Positions 23,668 through 31,472 of a stretch of DNA of 42,493 bases are shown piece by piece. The stretch is taken from IMG/VR virus record IMGVR_UViG_3300017747_000960, positions 1 through 42,493 of that record. The stretch is one strand, 5' to 3'. Source of the DNA: a virus (lineage: Duplodnaviria; Caudoviricetes). Made by a program: the position numbers and the translations under genes. The notes beneath the pieces were generated by a model that worked only from the letters and a program-made list of their open reading frames with translations, searched no databases and was not told the DNA's origin. The stretch's first letter is position 1; every line of letters starts with the position of its first letter.

Positions 23668-25193
23668 TTACGTGCCCCCATTCCTTTTTTGAACGCGATG
23701 TTCATCTGCTGAATCTTGTTGTACACGTTTTTGGTGATCTCAACTGCTGGGGCTTTCGAGAATGCCCACTGTGTCTCTTGGCCGGTGATCTGCTTGAACA
23801 GGTGCCATGCACGTGCTGATTGCTTCTCAGGCTGGCTGTGGTGCTTGGCATACGCCACCACTTGATGCCACAAATGTTCTGCGTTGTCGGCCAACTTCTT
23901 TTTGTTCTTGCCTTCACCAATGAAGATTTCCTTCATGTGGCCGGGCAGTGCTTCGCTCACTTGCGACGACACCTTCTCATAACCGCAGGCCATGCACCGC
24001 TTGCTAAATGGCGTATAGCCACAGCGTGGGCAACCCTTGGGCTCGTAGTCTTCATCCTTGCGAATCGTCTTGTCCAACTTATCGCCAGAGTCAAGCGAAT
24101 CCAAACCGTTGAAGTAAATTTCGTTGAAGTCGTCAAAGAAGCGAATGATGTTGCCGCTGAAGTCCAGCAGGTGGCAATCCACCTTCCCGGTCTCAGGCGA
24201 AGAACGCAGACCACGGCCCCACATTTGGATGGCGGTGGACAGTGACTTGCGCAAAGGGCGCGCATCGCAGATACAACCCACGTCAGGCACGTCAAAACCT
24301 TTTGCCAAGGCCTCGACACTGATCAGCACCTTCAGGTGGCTGTTGGGCTTCCTGTACTCCTTCAGCAGGTCTTCACGCTCTTTCTTGGTGGTGTCGGCAG
24401 TGAACACAGCGGCCATGACGCCTGCGTTGATGAATTGCTTGCACAACTCTTCGCAGTGCTTAATGGTGGCACCAAACACGATGGTTTTGCGGTTGTCGCC
24501 AAAGCGTTGCCAGTCGGCCACCACGTCACCCACAATCTTGAGTTCACGCTCTTCTGCGGCTTTGTCTGTCCACTCACCGCCAGCGGTCTCCGCGCCCGTC
24601 ATGTCAGGCTTGGAGCACGAGAAAATCCGCATGGGCACCAGCACACCGTTCTGTGTCAGGTCGTACATCGTGGTGGCGTTGATCAAGTTCGAAAATATCT
24701 TGCCCAGCCCCGCAGTGAATGGCGTGGCAGACAAACCGATCACGGCCGCCTTGGTGTTCATCGCAAACTCAGTCCACGCCTTGTAGGTCGTGTGGGCCTC
24801 ATCGACCACCAGCACGTCCATTTGTGGCCAAAAGTTGCGTTTGCCAATGGTCTGCACAGAGGCAATCTGAAGCAGTTCATCAGGCCGGCGACGCCAGTGT
24901 TTGGCTTGGATGATGCCGTGGTTGAACAGACCGTAGCGGTCAGCCACTTCAGAGGTCTGGTCAATCAGGGTGGTGCGGTCGCACAGGAACACTGCGCGCT
25001 TGCCTTTTTGCATGGCCTCGTTGCAGATGCGCAGACCAAGGTAGGTCTTACCAGCCCCGGTGGGGGCCATGATGATCTGGTTCTTGTGGCCATCACGAAA
25101 CCCTTGGCGAAGGGCATTGTGGGCAGTAAGTTGGAATTGGCGGGGTGTTGGGAATCCATCATCACGCTCACTCGGCGCTAGGGCTTGGTTCAT
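23664..25193 (-). CDS. Superfamily 2 (DEAH) helicase with C-terminal Zn finger
   Basis: APTGAGKT, VVDEAH, LSATP, GFDVP, QMWGRGLR; CPRCG...CMACG. Confidence 0.92.
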   Translation of the reverse strand: MNQALAPSERDDGFPTPRQFQLTAHNALRQGFRDGHKNQIIMAPTGAGKTYLGLRICNEAMQKGKRAVFLCDRTTLIDQTSEVADRYGLFNHGIIQAKHWRRRPDELLQIASVQTIGKRNFWPQMDVLVVDEAHTTYKAWTEFAMNTKAAVIGLSATPFTAGLGKIFSNLINATTMYDLTQNGVLVPMRIFSCSKPDMTGAETAGGEWTDKAAEERELKIVGDVVADWQRFGDNRKTIVFGATIKHCEELCKQFINAGVMAAVFTADTTKKEREDLLKEYRKPNSHLKVLISVEALAKGFDVPDVGCICDARPLRKSLSTAIQMWGRGLRSSPETGKVDCHLLDFSGNIIRFFDDFNEIYFNGLDSLDSGDKLDKTIRKDEDYEPKGCPRCGYTPFSKRCMACGYEKVSSQVSEALPGHMKEIFIGEGKNKKKLADNAEHLWHQVVAYAKHHSQPEKQSARAWHLFKQITGQETQWAFSKAPAVEITKNVYNKIQQMNIAFKKGMGARK

Positions 25194-25996
25194 TTTTTGG
25201 CTTTCGATTTGTCGATTTGTTTCTGAAGTTCTTTGACCATTTTCACGGCTTGATTGCGCTCGTTCATCAAACCTTTGAAGCGCACGTCCAGTTGGGCGTA
25301 GGCAAGGTTCAGGCGCTTGATTTCCTCGTGCGCAACTGCCAGTGCATCGTCGGCTTCGAGCATTTTGTACATGATGTCCATGTCGGCTTGCAGTGCCAAT
25401 TCGTTGGCTTTCAACTCGTCCTCATCTGGGCCAACTCCAACATTTAAGTCAGTGTTTTCCCTAACTGTTGGTTTTTCGCTACTAATCGGATTAGTAGTCT
25501 CTTGAGCCGTCAACTCTTGGGCTTTCTTCTTGATGCTCTTCTCTTTGGCCTCTTTTTGCTTCTTCTTTTTCTCTGGGTCACGCACACCCGCAACAAAGGG
25601 CTGTGACACCACGCAAATCTTGGCAATCTCGTAGTTGGACTTGTCCTTCAGGTCGGGGTTGGCCAAAGCCTCTTCGACGACCTTCTTCTTGTCCTCATAC
25701 GAGCGGGGCAGACCGTGGCGCGCATTCACCCCGTAGGAGCGGATGACGGCCTCAGCCTGCGTGCCCGGCACGTACTTGATGGTCACGTCCTTGATGCCCA
25801 TCAGCTTGTAGGCGTGGTAGCGGTGGAAGCCATCCACCAGCCAATACGTCACGCCATCAAAGTTGGTGTCGATGGGATCGAATTCGTACCCCTCTTTCAT
25901 CATCTCCACCATGTGATAGACGTGCTGTTGATCGATCACTACACGGCCTTGGGTGCCGCCATCGATCCGGATGTCATTTAGTTTTACTTGTCTCAT
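25190..25996 (-). CDS. parB: ParB-like protein (ParB/Srx domain, HTH, coiled coil)
   Basis: LVDGFHRYHA (GxxR box), N.RHG, SNYEIAKICVVSQPFV helix-turn-helix, C-terminal coiled coil. Confidence 0.8.
   Translation of the reverse strand: MRQVKLNDIRIDGGTQGRVVIDQQHVYHMVEMMKEGYEFDPIDTNFDGVTYWLVDGFHRYHAYKLMGIKDVTIKYVPGTQAEAVIRSYGVNARHGLPRSYEDKKKVVEEALANPDLKDKSNYEIAKICVVSQPFVAGVRDPEKKKKQKEAKEKSIKKKAQELTAQETTNPISSEKPTVRENTDLNVGVGPDEDELKANELALQADMDIMYKMLEADDALAVAHEEIKRLNLAYAQLDVRFKGLMNERNQAVKMVKELQKQIDKSKAKK
25480..25496. repeat. 17-bp palindrome family P, copy 4, inside the parB-like gene
   Basis: CTACTAATC-G-GATTAGTAG, perfect 19-bp dyad at 25479-25497. Confidence 0.85.
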
Positions 25997-26027
25997 TTAA
26001 ATCTCCAGTTAAAAACCCAACGTCGGG

Positions 26028-26228
26028 TCAGTTAAAAATATCGGGCCGCAGTTCTTTTGCACTCACGAGGCCTTGTGTGGCCTTCTCAATTTTCTTTGCC
26101 AGTTCAGGTGACGGTCTTCGTGCTTTTCTGATCAAGAGTCCAAGCCACGTTTGGGTGATGCCAAGGTGGTCTGCCATCTCTTTCTTGGAGCCGTAAGGTT
26201 CGTCCTTGAAATAGTGTTTTAGGTTCAT
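26028..26228 (-). CDS. Cro/YdaS-like HTH transcriptional regulator
   Basis: MADHLGITQTWL...PSPELAKKIEKATQGLVSAKELRPDIF; at the divergence point. Confidence 0.85.
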   Translation of the reverse strand: MNLKHYFKDEPYGSKKEMADHLGITQTWLGLLIRKARRPSPELAKKIEKATQGLVSAKELRPDIFN

Positions 26229-26250
26229 GAAACCTCCTTTCTTTTGCGAG

Positions 26251-26283
26251 AGTCTAACACAACATCTAATTCCGTGTTATAGT
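26251..26283. promoter_or_regulatory. Divergent promoter region with operator sites
   Basis: Half-site TCTAAC at 26253 (minus-strand TGT-TAGACT) and dyad TCTAAT-TCCGT-GTTATA at 26265-26281 (plus-strand TGT-TATAGT). Confidence 0.6.
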
Positions 26284-26344
26284 CTTTCTACGTTCACGAT
26301 GAACGGGTCATTGTCCTACGGGACGTTTTACTAAGGAAAAAATC

Positions 26345-27004
26345 ATGAGTTTTTATGTAGAAGATAAGGGCGGTAATTTTGAGCGTTGCCCCGCTGGTAT
26401 GCACCTCGCACGGTGCTATCGAATCGTTGATCTGGGCACTCAGAAGTCTGAGTATATGGGTCAGGTCAAGTACCTCCACAAGATCATGCTCGGCTGGGAA
26501 ATCCACGGCATGCATGATGACGGCACACCGCTGAAAATGATGGACGGTCGCCCGTTTGGAATCTTTAAAAACTACACGCTGTCTTGGTCTGAAAAAGCCA
26601 ACTTGCGTCTTGACCTTCAGTCATGGCGTGGTAAGCCCTTCACTCAGGAAGAGATGCGCAAGTTTGATTTGAAAAACGTCCTTGGTGCATGGTGCATGCT
26701 CAACATCATTGAGCGCCCCGGCAAGTCCGATGGCAAGTTGTACACCAACGTGGATGGCGTGACCCCTGTGCCTTCAATGATCAAACAGAACGGCTTGCCC
26801 ACAGCAGTCAACCCCAACGAGTTGTTCAAGATCGATGACCCGGACATGGAGATGTTCAACAAATTCAGCGACCACTTGAAGGCCAAGATTGCCGCATCAC
26901 CTGAGTGGCAGAAGTTGCAGGGCAAGGCACCTGCGCCAGCATCTACGCCTCAGAGCGCGCCAGCAAAGCCTGCGTTTGACGAAGACGACGACATCCCTTT
27001 CTAA
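26345..27004 (+). CDS. Single-stranded DNA-binding protein (putative)
   Basis: PAGMHLARCYRIVDLGTQ N-terminus, Pro/Ala linker, acidic SSB-type tail EDDDIPF. Confidence 0.7.
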   Translation: MSFYVEDKGGNFERCPAGMHLARCYRIVDLGTQKSEYMGQVKYLHKIMLGWEIHGMHDDGTPLKMMDGRPFGIFKNYTLSWSEKANLRLDLQSWRGKPFTQEEMRKFDLKNVLGAWCMLNIIERPGKSDGKLYTNVDGVTPVPSMIKQNGLPTAVNPNELFKIDDPDMEMFNKFSDHLKAKIAASPEWQKLQGKAPAPASTPQSAPAKPAFDEDDDIPF

Positions 27005-27013
27005 GGAGACATC

Positions 27014-27229
27014 ATGTTTATTTCAAAAGCAGAAAAAGATGACCTTTTTCACCGCATCAATGTGCTGGAGCAAACGGTTAGTTTTTTAGAAAACAAGTTG
27101 GTAAAACTTTCGGCGCCAAAGCCAGAAGCCCCCGCTCGTAAAGGACGCGACTGGAGCCCGGAACAACGCGCCCAAGCGTCTGAGCAAATGAAGAAAATTT
27201 GGATGAAGAAAAAGGAGCCAAGAAAATGA
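27014..27229 (+). CDS. Hypothetical protein (coiled coil plus NUMOD3-like basic motif)
   Basis: AAGGAG RBS; KGRDWSPEQRAQASEQMKKIW. Confidence 0.6.
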   Translation: MFISKAEKDDLFHRINVLEQTVSFLENKLVKLSAPKPEAPARKGRDWSPEQRAQASEQMKKIWMKKKEPRK

Positions 27230-28014
27230 GCACGATCATCGCTAGATCAGCAGAGTCCGTCCACTGGTACAAACAGGATGGCGGCCCACAGTACACCGTG
27301 AAGGCAAAGGACGGCTCAGACCGCCCTACGACCCTCAGGGACGCACGAAAGATGGATTTGGTACCGTCGGTCACCACCGTCATGAAAATTGCCGCCAAGC
27401 CCGGTTTAGAGCAGTGGAAGCTGGAGCAAATGCTTCTGGCCGCCATGACCTTGCCGCAGTTACCTGATGAGCCAGAAAAGGCCTACATTGCACGCATCGT
27501 GGCCGACTCGAAAGAGACCGGCAAACAAGCCGCTGAGTTGGGCACCCGTATTCATGAATCGATTGAAGGTTGGATGCAAGGTGTGCGCCCTGTTGAGCAC
27601 GAAGAGATGGCCAAGGCGTTTGAAGAGTCCATCTTCAACCACTTCAAGACCCACCCCTTCCAGCCATGGTTGACTGAACGTTCATTCGCCAGCAACTTAG
27701 GCTTTGGAGGCAAGGTGGACTTGTACTGCGTGCCTGATGAGAACGCGCCCGTCGGCATCGTGCTGGACGCCAAATCAAAAGACTTTGGGCCCGATGACAA
27801 GATCGACGCCTACGACGAACACCTCATGCAGTTGGCGGCCTACCGTCATGGCCTAGAGGTACCGCATGCACGTTGTGCAAACGTGTTTGTCTCTCGCACT
27901 CACCCCGGCCTTGTGAAGGTCGTGGAGTGGCCAGAGGACGAACTGGTGAAGGGCTGGGAAATGTTCCAGTCATTGCTTCGTTTTTGGAAATTGAAAAACA
28001 ACTTTGGAGTTTGA
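27226..28014 (+). CDS. PD-(D/E)XK exonuclease
   Basis: PSVTTV, GTRIH, TE, GGKVD, LDAKSK and QLAAY motifs; AAGGAG RBS before MSTIIARS. Confidence 0.85.
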   Translation: MSTIIARSAESVHWYKQDGGPQYTVKAKDGSDRPTTLRDARKMDLVPSVTTVMKIAAKPGLEQWKLEQMLLAAMTLPQLPDEPEKAYIARIVADSKETGKQAAELGTRIHESIEGWMQGVRPVEHEEMAKAFEESIFNHFKTHPFQPWLTERSFASNLGFGGKVDLYCVPDENAPVGIVLDAKSKDFGPDDKIDAYDEHLMQLAAYRHGLEVPHARCANVFVSRTHPGLVKVVEWPEDELVKGWEMFQSLLRFWKLKNNFGV

Positions 28015-28015
28015 A

Positions 28016-28228
28016 ATGGCAGAACGTATTTATGTAGTCGGTGGCCCCACAGGTATCCACCTCGTTAATTCATCCACCAAGCAAGGTGCAATTGCTTACG
28101 TGGCGCACAACGTTTACAAGGCCACCGTGGCCACCCAAAACGACTTGGTTGAACTGGTCGGCAAGGGTGTAAAGGTTGAGCACGCCAAAGCAAACAACAT
28201 GGAGTTGGACTTGGAGAACAAAGAATGA
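28016..28228 (+). CDS. Hypothetical protein
   Basis: GGAG RBS before MAERIYVV. Confidence 0.7.
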   Translation: MAERIYVVGGPTGIHLVNSSTKQGAIAYVAHNVYKATVATQNDLVELVGKGVKVEHAKANNMELDLENKE

Positions 28229-28467
28229 CCATCAAAAAAGATGACATTTTTCAGGCCTTTTTTGGTGCCGGCCTTGAGGGTGATTACAACTTCCTCGAAG
28301 ACGACCTGATCAAGCTATGCACTGTCTTTGGTGAATTACGCGACAACGAACTCAATGAGCGGGTCTACAAAGCCACTCAGCAAGAGCGCGCCCGTTGCGT
28401 GGAGTTTGTGCGCAGTCTTAACCCGGCTGTTGCGCAGGCGCTTGCAGACAAGAAGGGCCCACTGTGA
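28225..28467 (+). CDS. Hypothetical protein
   Basis: ATGA overlap, GGAG RBS. Confidence 0.7.
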   Translation: MTIKKDDIFQAFFGAGLEGDYNFLEDDLIKLCTVFGELRDNELNERVYKATQQERARCVEFVRSLNPAVAQALADKKGPL

Positions 28468-28533
28468 AATACGTCAAGGCGTTTGTTGTTCTTTTTGTGA
28501 TCAGCTTCGCCTTTTACGTGTATCTTGACGTTT

Positions 28534-28572
28534 AAAAAAAGAGCCCCCTCAGGGGGGTATCCGAGGGGGCCC
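28534..28572 (-). terminator. Intrinsic terminator ending the structural/ejection operon
   Basis: Minus strand GGGCCCCCTCGG-loop-CTGAGGGGGCTC-TTTTTTT at the convergence point. Confidence 0.75.
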
Positions 28573-28620
28573 AAAGGGGGCAACTGCAATGCCCTCACGC
28601 CGGGGAGACGGCCAACGTGA

Positions 28621-29967
28621 CTATGGCATCGGATTGCCCATGGGGTCTACATTTATGAGCATCCGATCCGTGTCCTCTCTCGTCGCGTTCTTGCGACGTT
28701 CATTTAATGCCTTCAAGCCCTCATAGGCTTGGTATCCCAACTCAGGTGCCTGCAATACAAGGCCAGCGCCTTGCGTCACGCCAAACGGCAACATGCTTAG
28801 GGCACCACCAACACCACTTGCAAACTGCGCCGCATTACGTGCGGTCGGTACGCGCAAGCCTTTGTTGGGGTAGTCGTACTCTTTGAAAGCATCGTACAAC
28901 TGTGATCCAGCCAGAGCACCACCAAAGGCACCCACACCTACACGGGCAACTGAAGGTAAAGCACCTTTGACAATATCTGCACCATGCGCGGCTTGATCTG
29001 CCGCACGTGTCATGATGGTTGGTGTGTGTTTGTACGCAGACAAATCAACTGGCGCTCTGCCGGGTGTGGTTGTAAAAATTTGTTTTGGCAAACCAGTCTT
29101 TGGATCAATTGATGTTGTCTTGGCAACTCGTTCACTTGGTGTGCCTTTGATGTATGCCAACGCATCTTGCACTTCAGACATGGTGCGAACGGGCTTGCCG
29201 TTGCCAGCAACTTTTTCTAATTCTTTGAGCGGAATGCGCAGGTCTTCTGCAATTTGGCTGTTAAGGTACCTTTGAAGGCTTGCACGGCTCTGTGGGCGGT
29301 GCATGTAAGCAGTACTGCCAGTTTGCTTCTCGTAAAGCGATTGAATGATTGGAAGCACCCTTTTACCGCCTTCAATGCTTCCTGCCAGCTTGGCCCCAGT
29401 CGCACCTCCAACAACGCCCATGATGGTGTTGTCCTCGGCTCCTGCGGCCGATGATGCAGGCACGGTCTCGCCAGCGCCTTCAACGGCCTCAGGAGTTTCT
29501 GCTTTGGCTGGTTCTTCGGTGGCTTCACCAATCTGAACTTTAGGCAATGCGCCACCGTAATAGGTGGACACTTTGTCCATGTGGTTAATGGTCTCGTCTG
29601 GAAGTACTGCTAGATCACCAGTTTCATAAAACTTGTTGCGAGTCTCAGTACTGGCGTTGTAGCCAGCCAAAACTCTGTATGGATCGTTGCCAATTTTTTT
29701 ATTTGAAATCAATTCTTTTAAAAGATTCAAACCACCCTCAATGTTTTCATCCATGTCATGAGGATTGACACGCAAACCTTTGGCTGTGTCGGGCATAAGT
29801 TGCATCACACCAATTGCGCCTTTTTTTGACTCAGCTTTTGGATTGAATCCACTTTCGGCCATGACCATGGGAAGCACAAAGTCAGGATTCAAACCCTTGG
29901 CTTTTGCTTTCTTCGCAATTTTGTCTGCGATCTCAAGTTGCTCGTCAGTTAGTTTGGATAAATCCAT
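28621..29967 (-). CDS. Virion-associated lytic transglycosylase (ejection protein)
   Basis: SLT motifs AESGFNPKAES, GAIGVMQLMPDTA, LAGYNA; Gly/Ala hydrophobic helices in the C-terminal half. Confidence 0.88.
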   Translation of the reverse strand: MDLSKLTDEQLEIADKIAKKAKAKGLNPDFVLPMVMAESGFNPKAESKKGAIGVMQLMPDTAKGLRVNPHDMDENIEGGLNLLKELISNKKIGNDPYRVLAGYNASTETRNKFYETGDLAVLPDETINHMDKVSTYYGGALPKVQIGEATEEPAKAETPEAVEGAGETVPASSAAGAEDNTIMGVVGGATGAKLAGSIEGGKRVLPIIQSLYEKQTGSTAYMHRPQSRASLQRYLNSQIAEDLRIPLKELEKVAGNGKPVRTMSEVQDALAYIKGTPSERVAKTTSIDPKTGLPKQIFTTTPGRAPVDLSAYKHTPTIMTRAADQAAHGADIVKGALPSVARVGVGAFGGALAGSQLYDAFKEYDYPNKGLRVPTARNAAQFASGVGGALSMLPFGVTQGAGLVLQAPELGYQAYEGLKALNERRKNATREDTDRMLINVDPMGNPMP

Positions 29968-29975
29968 GCTTCACC

Positions 29976-31469
29976 TCAAGGGTTCTGTTTTTTTGCGGCA
30001 TCACGTTTTGCTTTTTCTGCCTTAACAGCGTCATAGGTCACACCAGAAGTGCTTTGTGCTGGTGCTGTGGCAGGCTTGTTAGACACATTGCCACCCGCAG
30101 GGTTGTAAGTAGTCTCAGACGGCTTCACCAGTGGGTTTGCTGTGGCAATCTCGCGGTACTTCTTTGCCTGCTCTTGACGCATCTGAAGGTACTCTTCGTT
30201 GTCTTCCAAACGGCCGTAGGGAATCTTTTTCTCTTTGGCAAATTTGTAGCGTTCTTGAGTAGCCTTCTCGGTGTGTGCCATCAAGTCCATCAATGTCACC
30301 AACGCAGACTGGCTGTTGCCAATGTTGCCTGTTGATGTCTGTTGCAACTGCATGTATGCATCTGTTGGATTGAGTGCCGCGCCCCGCAAGGCGACTTGGT
30401 TTTCAGCCAACAACTTGACCAACACTTGGAACTTGTTTTTGGCCTCTTCGGACATACCGATCTGGCGTGCATACACGTCAATGTCTCTGAGCGTATCGCC
30501 CAATTTTCCGTCGGCCGCCGCACGAGCAAATACTTCCATTGGGTTGTTGCCACCGAACTTGTTGAGCAAAGCACCAATCTGTTCTTGGCCGCTGATCTTC
30601 TTGCCATCTGGTGTTGTGGAATCTGCAAGACCCACACCCAAAGACAAGTCTCGGATTGAGCCCAACAACTTCAAACGATCTGGTGCGCTGTCTGCGCGTT
30701 GACGCATGACTTCCTCTACGCTCATGCCCTTCTCGCGCTGTTCACGTGCATAAATGGCCGCCTGCTCCATCTTCTCGTAACGACCCATGGTTGCCCACTG
30801 TGCTGGATCGATTTGTGGAGGACGGCCTGCTTCAAGTGCTTTCTCAAATTGAACTTTTTTGGCTTCAGCAGTCTTAGGGTCTGCGTTTGGATTCAATTGA
30901 AACTTGGTGTAGTCCTCCAAAGGCATCAATGGGTCTTTGCCCATTGCAGAAGTTGCCGCAGTAGTGATCTCCAAACCAGCCTTCGCACCTGTGTAGTACT
31001 CAGCGGCCGCCTTAGCCACGGGAGTGCTGTCACCCAGTGATGTGATGCGGCTGTAAGTTGTCGCATCCATAGGCGTCACGGTGCCATCGGGGTTTTTGTT
31101 TTTGGCCAACCACTCTTGATAGATTTCGTTCTGCTTTTGTTTTTGGGACAACAACATGTTGGCCTGCTCCATCTGCACCTTCATTTGTGCAAGAGGAAGT
31201 TGCTGTTCACGTTGTCTTTCAACGTTCTCACCCATGGCTTCTGCCGCGCTACCAAGAGACGCAAGGAAACCACCGAGTTGCGGCTTCGCAAACCCAGCGG
31301 CCACCTTCCAATAGTTTGGCTCTTCGTAGCGTTTTTGCAGTGCTTGAATTTGCTCATCCAGAGTCGTTCTGTATTTCTCAATTGACTCTGGTGGCATCTC
31401 AGCAGGGTTGATGTTTCCAAGACCACCAGCAAAGCTGTAGTCTTGTGGTCTGCGTTCTGTAGTAGCCAT
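29976..31469 (-). CDS. Putative ejection (internal virion) protein
   Basis: 497 aa, helical, no Cys; between pilot-like proteins and the transglycosylase. Confidence 0.65.
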   Translation of the reverse strand: MATTERRPQDYSFAGGLGNINPAEMPPESIEKYRTTLDEQIQALQKRYEEPNYWKVAAGFAKPQLGGFLASLGSAAEAMGENVERQREQQLPLAQMKVQMEQANMLLSQKQKQNEIYQEWLAKNKNPDGTVTPMDATTYSRITSLGDSTPVAKAAAEYYTGAKAGLEITTAATSAMGKDPLMPLEDYTKFQLNPNADPKTAEAKKVQFEKALEAGRPPQIDPAQWATMGRYEKMEQAAIYAREQREKGMSVEEVMRQRADSAPDRLKLLGSIRDLSLGVGLADSTTPDGKKISGQEQIGALLNKFGGNNPMEVFARAAADGKLGDTLRDIDVYARQIGMSEEAKNKFQVLVKLLAENQVALRGAALNPTDAYMQLQQTSTGNIGNSQSALVTLMDLMAHTEKATQERYKFAKEKKIPYGRLEDNEEYLQMRQEQAKKYREIATANPLVKPSETTYNPAGGNVSNKPATAPAQSTSGVTYDAVKAEKAKRDAAKKQNP

Positions 31470-31472
31470 GAA

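Noticed and set aside
180-25981. Numerous plus-strand ORFs in the track (e.g. 180..806, 4134..5003, 12978..13700, 24336..25181)
   Set aside because: Antisense shadows of well-supported minus-strand genes, without recognisable motifs.
27226-28014. Cas4 or a CRISPR-associated system
   Set aside because: Generic phage PD-(D/E)XK exonuclease beside an SSB; no Fe-S Cys cluster, cas genes or array.
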